Part shown: positions 1 to 7,841 of the stretch, one piece after another | Layout: each line of letters opens with the position of its first letter | How positions within the stretch are numbered: the first letter of the stretch is position 1 | The notes under the pieces: model-generated | Databases searched by the model: none | What the model was told of the DNA's origin: nothing | Seen by the model: only the letters and a program-made list of their open reading frames with translations | Translations under genes and position numbers: made by a program | Virus record (IMG/VR): IMGVR_UViG_3300037761_000265 | Span: 1-36,568 of that record | Reading direction: 5' to 3' (one strand) | Origin: a virus | Taxonomy: Duplodnaviria; Caudoviricetes | DNA length: 36,568 nt

Positions 1-294
1 CAGCACGTGCATGGCGGTGCCCTGCATCGGTGCCCACGGTGGGCGCTGGTCGGGCAGCTGGCGGGGGAGGTTGGCCAGTTTCATGGCCAGCTGCCGTTGG
101 CAGGGGGTGCCGAGCTCGGACGGGCCAAGCGCGGCCTGCCGGGAGCGCGGGCGCTGCGCGTCCAGGCTGGTGAGCACCTCACGCATTTCTTCCACCGTGG
201 ACGGGGGTGGGGCGACCTGGCCGCGGTAGGCGGCGGGCGGTCCGGCGATGGACACGCCGCCGTCGGACGTGCCGAGCAGGCTGAGGCTGGTCAT
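1..294 (-). CDS. 5' part of Cas4-like exonuclease, variant allele, truncated by contig edge
   Basis: Translates MTSLSLLGTSDGGVSIAGPPAAYRGQVAPPPSTVEEMREVL...LGPSELGTPCQRQLA, near-identical to the N-terminus of 35613-36494. Confidence 0.85.
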   Translation of the reverse strand, partial: MTSLSLLGTSDGGVSIAGPPAAYRGQVAPPPSTVEEMREVLTSLDAQRPRSRQAALGPSELGTPCQRQLAMKLANLPRQLPDQRPPWAPMQGTAMHVL

Positions 295-368
295 CGGGGG
301 GGCCTGCCCCGCCAGCCATGCCCGCCGAACAGCCGCGCCACCGACTGTGCCCGCGCCACGTCGGCGTC
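1..368. repeat. Left copy of terminal direct repeat (circular assembly overlap plus diverged allele)
   Basis: 242-368 is identical to 36442-36568 (127 bp); 1-241 aligns to 36192-36441 with substitutions and a net 9-nt indel. Confidence 0.95.
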
Positions 369-920
369 GCCGGCCCACGTGCAGCCGACCCCGGGCGGGT
401 GGAACGGATGCCTAGCCTCGGTGCACCCCTGGCAGCACAGGTCGGCCGGCGGCTCACAGTGCCGGCCGTGGCTGTCACAGCAGGCCGGGTGTGTGACCTG
501 AAGGTTCAGCTCGGCCAGGACCAGCAGTGTCTGCGGCCACGACTCGAACCGGACCGCCCGGTCATCGACGTACGCCACTGCCGGTAGCTTCCGGTTGGTG
601 ACGAGCAGGCGGCCGCGCACGTTCCAGAACAGCAGCATCCCGCTGTGACCCTGCTCGTCGCACAGCCACCCGCCGGTGAACAGCCGCGCCGCCTTGCAGC
701 ACCGTTCGTCGATCGTCACGTCCAGGCCGTGCCGCTGCAGCCAGGGCATGACCTGCTCCGGATCACGGGTCGTGTGAACGAACACCGCGAAGCGGTCCAT
801 CAGCGTGTGCAGCGCGTCGATCGCGCCGGGTAGCGGCGGGTCGTAGATCGAGCCGTCGGCCCACCCGCGGGAGTAGGCGTGGATCACGCCGTCGAAGTCG
901 ACCGCGATCGTGCGGGCCAT
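291..920 (-). CDS. HAD-superfamily phosphatase/nucleotidase-like protein with Cys/His-rich tail
   Basis: Motif I IAVDFDGVI, motif II HTTR, K and YVDD motifs; ATGA overlap with next gene. Confidence 0.8.
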   Translation of the reverse strand: MARTIAVDFDGVIHAYSRGWADGSIYDPPLPGAIDALHTLMDRFAVFVHTTRDPEQVMPWLQRHGLDVTIDERCCKAARLFTGGWLCDEQGHSGMLLFWNVRGRLLVTNRKLPAVAYVDDRAVRFESWPQTLLVLAELNLQVTHPACCDSHGRHCEPPADLCCQGCTEARHPFHPPGVGCTWAGDADVARAQSVARLFGGHGWRGRPPR

Positions 921-921
921 G

Positions 922-1155
922 TCACGGCTGCGCTTCGTGGTCGGCTTCAGCGGACTGGTTCTGCTCCATCCAGGCGGCCCTCAACCTGTCTGGTGTCCAC
1001 CCGGCGAACAGCACCCGGTGTGCACGGCCGGCGAGCCGTTCAGCAGCCGCCTGATACTCCTCCACGCTGGGCAGAGGCCAGTCGCCGAAACCCGGATGGC
1101 GGCCGGCCATGTGGGTGAGCAGGATGTTGAGGTCGTTCGCCTCGCCGATGTTCAT
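922..1155 (-). CDS. Hypothetical protein (MNIGEANDL...)
   Basis: GGAGG upstream of ATG 1155; ATGA overlap with the upstream gene stop at 1152. Confidence 0.7.
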   Translation of the reverse strand: MNIGEANDLNILLTHMAGRHPGFGDWPLPSVEEYQAAAERLAGRAHRVLFAGWTPDRLRAAWMEQNQSAEADHEAQP

Positions 1156-1325
1156 GTGGCCTCCGTCGCGGTGTGCAGGGGTTGGTGGGTGAGGTGCCAG
1201 GTGTGGCAGTGCGGGCAGCGGTAGACGCGCAGGGGTGCACCACGGCGGGAGCAGCGGATGGCGGCGGCGATCGCCCCCAGCTGGCTGCGGCACCGTTTTC
1301 CCGACGGGCACTTGGCGCACTTCAC
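1152..1325 (-). CDS. Small Cys/His zinc-binding phage protein
   Basis: GTG start overlapping helicase stop; CPSGK and YRCPHCHTWHLT motifs. Confidence 0.7.
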   Translation of the reverse strand: MKCAKCPSGKRCRSQLGAIAAAIRCSRRGAPLRVYRCPHCHTWHLTHQPLHTATEAT

Positions 1326-2650
1326 CTCAGCACCCCCCGGATGCGGGGGATCACGCTCACCTGCCGGGCAGCCCTGGTAACCGCGGTATAAGTCCACCTC
1401 TGTCCGGCGAGGTGCCCCGCGGCGGCGGACTCGCCCCGGTCGGGCAGCCCGGCTTCCCGCCGCACCCTGGCCCTGGTCTTCGCCTCGATGTTGGCGAACA
1501 CGCCGGATTCGTCGACGACGAGGACCCGGTCCCACTGGGAGCCTTGCGCTTTGTGGACGGTGATGGCTTGTCCGTAGGTGGCGGCGACCACCCCGCCGCG
1601 GCCGTCCCGCTTCGCCTGCTTCTCCCCCTCGAGGCTGGTGAAGCCGGCCCGCCAGGTGGTGAGCAGCCGGCGGGTGCTCTCGTCGTCCTCGACAACCAGT
1701 AGGAGCTGAGCCTCGTTCCGCTCATCCGGCTCGGAGGTGATCACGTCGAACTGTTGGCCGTTGAACACTTCGGCGTCGCTGCTGTTGGCCAGGACGATGA
1801 TCCGGTCGCCGGGTACGGGCAGGTCGCCGACCTGGCCGTGCAGGGCCCGGAGTAGGTGGATGGCCTGCCAGCGGGTGGCGTTGGTGCCGACCAGCACCTG
1901 GTCTGCGGCCAGCAGGTCGGCGACCGTGATCGCCTCGGTGCGCCCGGAGTCGCCGTCGAGGCCGGGCATGCCGTAGCACCGGTCGCCCACGGCCGCACCA
2001 CGCACGGCGGTGGCCAGCCGGGTGACCGGCGAGTCCAACGCGGAGCGGTGGATGTCGGTGAGCAGGTGGTCGGCGGGCGCGTCGATGAACCAGCCACCGC
2101 CGTCGACCGGTGGCAGCTGCGCCGGATCCCCCAGCACCAGGGTCGGCACGTCGTAGGAGAGCAGGTCGGCGGCCATGTTCTCCCCGACCATGCTGACCTC
2201 GTCGACGACGAGCAGGTCGGCACCGGCCAGGTCGGTTTCGTCGGGGTCACGCAGGATCCAGTCGGGTGACTCGAGGCGCATCTCCTCCACCCGGATCTGA
2301 CGGGCCAGGATGTCCCGGGTGGCCGGGTCGAGCTCCTGGTCGAGCTGTTCTTTCAGTTCGCGCAGCTTGGCCCGGGCCTTCTCGCTCGGCAGGTAGATCA
2401 GCGAGTGGATGGTGCGGGCGTCGGGGCAGCCTTTGGTGCGCAGCACGTAGGCGGCTTTGCCGGTGAACGCGGCGTAGATCGCGTTCCGCACACCCAACTG
2501 CTCAACCAGATATCGAGCTAAATAAGTCTTTCCCGAGCCGGCGAATCCGAACAGGCGGAACACCTGACGTTGCCGGTCGGTGTACCACTGGGTCACCTTG
2601 TCGACCGCCTCAGCCTGTTGCGGGGCCAGTTCCAACGTGGTGGCGCTCAT
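1322..2650 (-). CDS. RecD/Dda-like SF1B DNA helicase
   Basis: Walker A GFAGSGKT, DEVSMV, LGDPAQLPPV, TVHKAQGSQW, YTAVTRA; start taken at MSATTLEL (ATGA overlap). Confidence 0.92.
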   Translation of the reverse strand: MSATTLELAPQQAEAVDKVTQWYTDRQRQVFRLFGFAGSGKTYLARYLVEQLGVRNAIYAAFTGKAAYVLRTKGCPDARTIHSLIYLPSEKARAKLRELKEQLDQELDPATRDILARQIRVEEMRLESPDWILRDPDETDLAGADLLVVDEVSMVGENMAADLLSYDVPTLVLGDPAQLPPVDGGGWFIDAPADHLLTDIHRSALDSPVTRLATAVRGAAVGDRCYGMPGLDGDSGRTEAITVADLLAADQVLVGTNATRWQAIHLLRALHGQVGDLPVPGDRIIVLANSSDAEVFNGQQFDVITSEPDERNEAQLLLVVEDDESTRRLLTTWRAGFTSLEGEKQAKRDGRGGVVAATYGQAITVHKAQGSQWDRVLVVDESGVFANIEAKTRARVRREAGLPDRGESAAAGHLAGQRWTYTAVTRAARQVSVIPRIRGVLR

Positions 2651-3288
2651 GACGGGCCGCCGAGGGTGAGCGGGACGTGCGGCATGTCGGCCCAGGTTCC
2701 GGTCAGATGCCGGTCGCTGACTGGCATGATCACGCCGAGCCACCAGTCGCCGATTTCCAGGCGGACCGGTTGCGGGTGCGGCCCGGTGTAGATGCGCAGC
2801 GCGCCAGCGGCCCGCGGCCGGATGGCGGCGACCAGACGCTCCAGGTGGTGCGGGTTGACCGCGACCGGGCTGTGGCCGGGCCCGGTCCGGTCGGGGAGGA
2901 TCTTGGTCAGGTTGGCGATGGCCGAGCTCGGCCATGTGCTGAGGCGGCCGACGTCGAAGACCAGCCGCCGGTCGCCGCAGCGAACGTACAGCGGGGAGTC
3001 GGGCCGGCTGCCGACCCGGCCGATGGTGGCCTGGTTCGGGCTTGTGTCGTCGAGCAGCCGCAGGATCAGCGTGGCGTCCTCGCGGTGGATGAGCACCGGG
3101 GCCAGCTGCCCGTCGGCAGCCAGCCGGGCGTGGGAGACCACGTACCGGTCGGTGGCGGTGGCGCAGATCCGCCCGTCGCCGGCGTGCAGGTGCACCTGTG
3201 CGCCGCCGGTGAAGGATTCCCGGTCGGTGGCGGCCAGCGCGGCCCGCAGCACGGTGCGCAGCGTCTGCACGGTGCAGGTGGCGGTCAT
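2647..3288 (-). CDS. DNA polymerase III beta-clamp-like protein (about two clamp domains)
   Basis: ATATDRY motif, AVNPHHL segment and C-terminal GVIMPV resemble DnaN domains II-III; 213 aa. Confidence 0.65.
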   Translation of the reverse strand: MTATCTVQTLRTVLRAALAATDRESFTGGAQVHLHAGDGRICATATDRYVVSHARLAADGQLAPVLIHREDATLILRLLDDTSPNQATIGRVGSRPDSPLYVRCGDRRLVFDVGRLSTWPSSAIANLTKILPDRTGPGHSPVAVNPHHLERLVAAIRPRAAGALRIYTGPHPQPVRLEIGDWWLGVIMPVSDRHLTGTWADMPHVPLTLGGPS

Positions 3289-3575
3289 CGGTCACCGTCC
3301 CGGCCGGTGTTCAGCTCAGGGTCGGGGTCGTCGACGAGCACCTGCTCCCACGCCTGCCGGTCGTCGCCCGGGCGGCCGGTGGCGTAGCCGGAGATCGGAC
3401 CCTGGTAGGCGTCCATGGTGGCGAGCGCGGCCGCGCCGGCCGCGGCGAAGTGCGCCTGGGCGATCGCCGCGTACAGCCGCCCCGCCGGTATGTCGTCTTC
3501 GTTTCCGTGGAGGGCGACGTCCTCGGCCAGGACCAGGTGCCGCTCGCCGGCCAGGTAGTGGTCGGGGCCTCTCAC
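3285..3575 (-). CDS. Hypothetical protein (MRGPDHYLAGE...AQAHFAAA)
   Basis: GTG start overlapping upstream stop at 3572; stop overlaps next ATG. Confidence 0.7.
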   Translation of the reverse strand: MRGPDHYLAGERHLVLAEDVALHGNEDDIPAGRLYAAIAQAHFAAAGAAALATMDAYQGPISGYATGRPGDDRQAWEQVLVDDPDPELNTGRDGDR

Positions 3576-4054
3576 GAGGTCACCGCCGGGCACCGATGGC
3601 CGGCCAGCGCGCGCCGCAGCACCCGCTGCGCCCCGCGTCGCGTGGAGCAGTATCCGTGCCGCTGCGCGCAACCGAGCCACCAGCACCAGCGGGACTGCCA
3701 CCAGAGGCGAGCGTCCCGTTCCAGCCACACGTCGTGGACGGTCAGCGGAGGCAGCTGCGAATCGTTTGCCCCGTGCAGGTGATGGCGGGCGGAGACCTTG
3801 ATCCGCTTGTTGGTGGCGGTCCGGCGCAACATCGCCCGGGCATCTATGACGGCACGGTCCCGGATGTAGATCCGGCGTACCCGGCGCCAGCCGTGGGTTT
3901 TCCACCAGCGTGCGACCGTGGCCCTCCACCAGCGTGCGACCGTGGCCCTCCACCAGCGTGCGACCGTGGCCCTCCACCAGCGTGCGACCGTGGCCCTCCA
4001 CCAGCGTGCGGCGAGGTTGTGTAGCCAGCCGACGAGGATATGGATGATGATCAT
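3572..4054 (-). CDS. Trp/Arg-rich hypothetical protein with (ARWWRATV)n repeats
   Basis: GGAAGGAG RBS upstream of ATG 4054; 4-bp overlaps at both ends. Confidence 0.65.
   Translation of the reverse strand: MIIIHILVGWLHNLAARWWRATVARWWRATVARWWRATVARWWRATVARWWKTHGWRRVRRIYIRDRAVIDARAMLRRTATNKRIKVSARHHLHGANDSQLPPLTVHDVWLERDARLWWQSRWCWWLGCAQRHGYCSTRRGAQRVLRRALAGHRCPAVTS
3901..4010. repeat. Perfect 24-bp tandem repeat, 4.6 copies (tccaccagcgtgcgaccgtggccc)
   Basis: Identical units start at 3901, 3925, 3949, 3973, with a 14-nt partial at 3997. Confidence 0.97.
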
Positions 4055-4599
4055 GGTGTGCTCCTTCCAACGGCTGCCGGTGTCCGGCCGGGTGGGATGT
4101 GGTGGCGGGCGCGGATACGCCGGACCCGGGCGTCGGCGTGACGTCCGGGTGGCCAGCCGGCGCGGGCGGCGATCTGCGGATCGGAGTGGCCGGCGAGCGC
4201 CAGGGTGGCGATCAGGTTGACGAGTTCCGGGTCGTCGCTGCCGCCGGCCGGCCGGCCGTGGATGCCGGCGTCGGCGAGGATGGTCGCCGCGGACGGGCGC
4301 CACTGTAGGGTGCGGCGCCGCCCGTGGTGTTCGGGGTGGCGGCAGCGGCCGGTGCGGCAGCGCAGGATGCGACGCCGCTCGTTCGGGTACAGTCCGCCCC
4401 GGATGCCCCACTGGTCGTACGTGTTCCACTCGAGTGCGTGCTCGAGACAGGCTTCACGCACCGGGCATGTGCGGCACACCTGCAGGGCGGCGGTGCCGCG
4501 GGCGCCGGACCCGTCCAGGTCCCATGCGACCGGGTCGAGGCGCGGATGGTCGCGGCAGGCGGCCTGGTGTTCCCACTCCAAGGTGGCGGCCGCGCTCAT
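4051..4599 (-). CDS. WhiB-family Fe-S transcription factor with C-terminal HTH-like extension
   Basis: WEHQAAC...VCRTCPVREAC...WGIRGGL..ERR (four Cys plus GxxGG turn); later GHSDPQIAARAG. Confidence 0.88.
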   Translation of the reverse strand: MSAAATLEWEHQAACRDHPRLDPVAWDLDGSGARGTAALQVCRTCPVREACLEHALEWNTYDQWGIRGGLYPNERRRILRCRTGRCRHPEHHGRRRTLQWRPSAATILADAGIHGRPAGGSDDPELVNLIATLALAGHSDPQIAARAGWPPGRHADARVRRIRARHHIPPGRTPAAVGRSTP

Positions 4600-5129
4600 A
4601 GCAAGCTCCCGGCCAGGAACCGCACGACAGGTGTGTTGCCGCTGACGTACAGCGGATGCCGTGGCTGCCCGCCCTTGGTGGTGCCCAGGCACAACGGCGA
4701 GATCCGCCGGTTCCGCAGCAGCTCCATCACCTGCCGGGCACGCTCAGTCGTCCCCGGGTGAGCACCCCACGCGCACACCACCGGACCGGCCGGGTGGTCA
4801 CCGGAAAGCAGGGATGCGATCACCAGGTCGTTGTCGGGTCCTACCGGGTCGGGATGGCCGCGCATCTGCCGCGGGTCGGTGGCGCGCAGCCCGAACAGGT
4901 TGACCACGGCAAATCCGCCACAGGTCCACGACTTGGCGAACCCGGCGCATCGGCGGATGGTGGGGTCGTCAACGAGAGCGTCGGCGGTGGACGGGTTGAG
5001 CATGACGAACACGGGCAGCGGCCGCGCCGACCACCGGCGGGTCAGCGCGTACCGGTAGGTGCGGCACGGGCTGAACGTTGCGGTGGCCGCGCCCAGGATG
5101 TCCCGGTCGACCAGCAGGCCGGCGCTCAC
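4596..5129 (-). CDS. DUF1643 domain protein
   Basis: YRYALTRRW, FVMLNPSTAD, DDPTIRRC, VVNLF, CAWG, PRHPLY motifs. Confidence 0.88.
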   Translation of the reverse strand: MSAGLLVDRDILGAATATFSPCRTYRYALTRRWSARPLPVFVMLNPSTADALVDDPTIRRCAGFAKSWTCGGFAVVNLFGLRATDPRQMRGHPDPVGPDNDLVIASLLSGDHPAGPVVCAWGAHPGTTERARQVMELLRNRRISPLCLGTTKGGQPRHPLYVSGNTPVVRFLAGSLL

Positions 5130-5287
5130 GGCAGGCTCCCGACCGGCGGGGGCGGGGTGACGGTTATGCGCGGGTCGCGGGCGCGGAGCGGGGCGCATCC
5201 GCCGGGCCCGGTGGGGGTGCGCCCGGCTGGGGCGTAGCGCCGGTAGGGCCGGTTGTCCCGCGGCCGGTCGTCGGCCGGGCCGGTCAT
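5126..5287 (-). CDS. Small hypothetical protein
   Basis: Fills the gap with 4-bp overlaps on both sides. Confidence 0.45.
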   Translation of the reverse strand: MTGPADDRPRDNRPYRRYAPAGRTPTGPGGCAPLRARDPRITVTPPPPVGSLP

Positions 5288-5484
5288 CGGGGGCCACCCG
5301 GTGTGGCGACGCCGGCCGGGCACCGGGTGCAGGCGCAGCCTGCGGCGGGTAGGACACGGCCGGCCCGTAGCCAGCACGGTTCGCAGATCGGGCCACGCCA
5401 CAGCGGCATCGGCGTGTACCTGCCGCTGTACCTGCCCATGATCTCCGGTAGTTCCGCGTCGAACGGCACATCAGGGACGGTCAT
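5284..5484 (-). CDS. Small Cys-containing hypothetical protein
   Basis: ATGA overlaps at both ends; CxxC...CxCxxC. Confidence 0.55.
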   Translation of the reverse strand: MTVPDVPFDAELPEIMGRYSGRYTPMPLWRGPICEPCWLRAGRVLPAAGCACTRCPAGVATPGGPR

Positions 5485-5846
5485 GGTTGCCGCCGGCGGA
5501 GTTGTTCGTAGACGGCCCACGCCCGGGGGCTCATCCCCTGCATGATCACCGTCTCGGCGTCGCCGCCGGCGGCGAGGATCTGGTCGGCCTCCTCGAACAG
5601 GCCGGCGGGCACGTCCAGCGGCGCCGGCACCGGCCCGCGGCGGGGCAGGTTCCGGTGGGGGCGGTAGGTGCGGTGCTGGGCGGACAGCGCCTGCGCCAGG
5701 GCATGTTCGGCCCGCTCGGCCCTGGCGCGGGTGGTGTGCAGCTGGGCGGCGGTGGTGGCGCGGGCGACGATCCAGGTGAGTGCGACGATCCCGGCAACCA
5801 GGATCACGCAGCCGCCGATGGCCAGCGTGTTGCCGTACGGGGTCAT
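5481..5846 (-). CDS. Membrane-anchored hypothetical protein
   Basis: N-terminal hydrophobic helix LAIGGCVILVAGIVALTWIV followed by coiled-coil-like segment. Confidence 0.7.
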   Translation of the reverse strand: MTPYGNTLAIGGCVILVAGIVALTWIVARATTAAQLHTTRARAERAEHALAQALSAQHRTYRPHRNLPRRGPVPAPLDVPAGLFEEADQILAAGGDAETVIMQGMSPRAWAVYEQLRRRQP

Positions 5847-6028
5847 GACGGGTCACCGTTTTCTGCGACGGTGAACCCGTTACGGGCCAGCACGTCCTGG
5901 ACGGCGGCGACCCGTTCGGCGGGGGTGCCGTAGCCGTAGCTGGTGTGGACGATGATCTGGATGGCGCCGATCGCGCGGGCCATGCGGGCGGCCAGGCTGG
6001 ACTCGCCCGGTAGGGTGCTGGTGGACAT
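5843..6028 (-). CDS. Hypothetical protein
   Basis: GAGGAG RBS before ATG 6028; ATGA overlap downstream. Confidence 0.65.
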   Translation of the reverse strand: MSTSTLPGESSLAARMARAIGAIQIIVHTSYGYGTPAERVAAVQDVLARNGFTVAENGDPS

Positions 6029-6095
6029 CGGATCTCCTCACGTGGGTCCGGTGGGCGACCCGGCCGCCGCTGCGTGGCCGGGTCGCCGCTTGCGT

Positions 6096-6572
6096 TCAGG
6101 TGGTGTGGTCCGGGGCGGGTTGTGCCCCGGACGGACCTGACGCCTTGCCCGTCGGGGCGCGTTGGTGTGTGACGTGGTCCGGCCGGGGGTCTGGGTGGCC
6201 GGGTGCGCCCGCGGTCATGGCGGCGGGCACGGGCGCACCCGGGGTCTGGTGGCACGCCCGCTGTCCGCTTGTGGAGTGGACAGCGGGCGTGTCGTCCGCC
6301 CCGGGGCTGCGCCGGGTGCGCCAGGGCACGACCGGCGAGCTCGACGGGGCGGAGGGCGGCCGGGCAGGTCGGGGGCGAACTGCCGGCCGGGCGAAGGTGA
6401 GCGTGGGGACCAGGGCGAGCATCCCGAACAGCAGCATCGGGTCGACGGCCACGGCGGCCGCGCCAGCAGCCGTCCAGGCGGCGCCAGCGGCGAGCGTGAC
6501 GGTGATGGGTCCGGTGGCCCAGCACCGCAGGTTGGTGGCGAGGATGCTCACGGCAGGAGCCATCACTGCCAT
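6096..6572 (-). CDS. Putative membrane protein with Pro-rich tail
   Basis: Two hydrophobic segments; start uncertain (6572 or 6563). Confidence 0.5.
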   Translation of the reverse strand: MAVMAPAVSILATNLRCWATGPITVTLAAGAAWTAAGAAAVAVDPMLLFGMLALVPTLTFARPAVRPRPARPPSAPSSSPVVPWRTRRSPGADDTPAVHSTSGQRACHQTPGAPVPAAMTAGAPGHPDPRPDHVTHQRAPTGKASGPSGAQPAPDHTT

Positions 6573-6748
6573 CCCTGGATCTCGTCCTGCGGGCGGCGGT
6601 CGGCCAGGCCGGATGCCCGGGCAGCAGCCCGGGCCTGCTCCCACTCCCGGGCGGCGCTACGCACCAGCCGCCGGTCAAGCCAGTGCAGGGTGGCGACGCA
6701 GGCGACGATGACGGCGGCCAACACGAAGCCGCTGGCTGTGACGCTCAT
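6563..6748 (-). CDS. Small membrane protein
   Basis: Hydrophobic N-terminus FVLAAVIVACVATL; ATGA overlap. Confidence 0.65.
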   Translation of the reverse strand: MSVTASGFVLAAVIVACVATLHWLDRRLVRSAAREWEQARAAARASGLADRRPQDEIQGWQ

Positions 6749-7035
6749 GGCTGGCCACCTGGCGTGGTGGCCTCGTCAAGCTTGGCGCGGGCTTGCTCCC
6801 GGTCGCCGGCGAGCGCGACCTGCCGGCTGTCACGGCCGGAGAAGGTGACGACTTCCCACAGGCGGTCGGCGACCCGGGCGCGGGCGTAGCCGAGGCACGG
6901 GCCGCGGCACACCCCCGGGTTGGGGGACGCCCCGTACACGTAGACGGCGCGGTCGCCTTCACGCCACTCCCGGAAGTCGAGCCCCCACTGCGCGGCCGTG
7001 GCAACCTTCATGGCGCCCGCCGTGGTGGTGGTCAT
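6745..7035 (-). CDS. Hypothetical protein
   Basis: Globular-looking sequence; ATGA overlaps at both ends. Confidence 0.65.
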   Translation of the reverse strand: MTTTTAGAMKVATAAQWGLDFREWREGDRAVYVYGASPNPGVCRGPCLGYARARVADRLWEVVTFSGRDSRQVALAGDREQARAKLDEATTPGGQP

Positions 7036-7301
7036 CGGGTGACCCGGTGGTGGAGTTGTTCCAGGCTCGGCCAGCTCGAGGCGGCCCGGCGGCGTAGCGG
7101 GTCGCCGAGCCGGTATCCGTCGCGGCGCTGCTTCGCGCCTTCGATCTGGATGGCGAGCTCGGCGGCGGCCGGGCCCAAGTCGAGCGGCCCGGGCACCCGC
7201 GGCGCTGCGGTGCGGTGGGTGTGACCGGCCAGCGGCCAGCCACGGCCGGGTCCGGTGGGCGGCTGCGGTGGGGCGGGTGGGGCGCCCGGCGGGTGGGTCA
7301 C
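7032..7301 (-). CDS. Hypothetical protein
   Basis: GTG start overlapping stop at 7298; Pro-rich N-terminus. Confidence 0.5.
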   Translation of the reverse strand: MTHPPGAPPAPPQPPTGPGRGWPLAGHTHRTAAPRVPGPLDLGPAAAELAIQIEGAKQRRDGYRLGDPLRRRAASSWPSLEQLHHRVTR

Positions 7302-7495
7302 GGTGTGCCTCCGATCCAAGCGCCGCCGGCGGCGGCCAGCGCTGACAAGGCGAGCAGGGCGAGCAGGGCGAGGAACCGGCAGCGGCGGGCTGGCGTGGGG
7401 ATGGCGCGGCGGGTGGGTTTGCCGCCGGTGCGGGGCCGCGGGCCGCGGGCCGGGCGGCGGCCGTGGCCACGGCGGGCGAACAGGGCGGCGATCAT
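7298..7495 (-). CDS. Small basic protein with C-terminal transmembrane helix
   Basis: FLALLALLALSALAAAGGAWIGG; ATGA overlap with Cro-like gene. Confidence 0.55.
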   Translation of the reverse strand: MIAALFARRGHGRRPARGPRPRTGGKPTRRAIPTPARRCRFLALLALLALSALAAAGGAWIGGTP

Positions 7496-7710
7496 CGCGC
7501 ACCGGCCGGCTGTCGACGGCCCCGGAACCACTGCCGTAGTGAGGTGTGCGTGACCTGTACGCCGGTTCGCTCGGTGATCGCCTCTGCGATGGCACGCCAA
7601 CTCGCAGGGGGCCGGATCGACTCGCCCCGGAGCTCGTCGACGAACTCCACCAGGCTGCCGCCCAGGCGCTCCTCTATCAGCTGGTAAAGCGGGGTGAGCT
7701 TGCCACTCAT
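7492..7710 (-). CDS. Cro-like HTH DNA-binding protein
   Basis: SWRAIAEAITERTGVQVTHTSLRQWF helix-turn-helix; first gene of early operon, divergent from repressor. Confidence 0.8.
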   Translation of the reverse strand: MSGKLTPLYQLIEERLGGSLVEFVDELRGESIRPPASWRAIAEAITERTGVQVTHTSLRQWFRGRRQPAGAR

Positions 7711-7841
7711 GAGGAGAAGCTTCCCACTGGGAATAATCTTACGCAATGGGGGAAACTCGTCCGATCATTCAGTCTTGACTGTCCAATCGGCCATCTCGGA
7801 TGCGTTGCGTAACATCTTTCCCATGTGGCAATCTGTCTTCC
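7711..7841. promoter_or_regulatory. Divergent lysis/lysogeny control region with two mirror-image promoters and operator candidates
   Basis: Leftward TTGCGT-18-AAGCTT-6-ATG; rightward TTGCGT-18-CAATCT-7-ATG; palindromes TTCCCACTGGGAA (7721-7733) and TTCCCATGTGGCAA (7818-7831). Confidence 0.75.

Noticed and set aside
1-241. Diverged repeat pair as DGR template/variable repeats
   Set aside because: Mismatches are not adenine-specific, many are synonymous, and no reverse transcriptase is present
1322-3295. 657-aa helicase as given in ORF track
   Set aside because: N-terminal 215 aa is an Arg/Pro-rich off-frame reading of the clamp-like gene; real start is 2650
3901-4010. CRISPR-like array linked to the Cas4-like nuclease
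   Set aside because: Units are contiguous with no spacers; solo Cas4-like exonucleases are ordinary phage recombination genes
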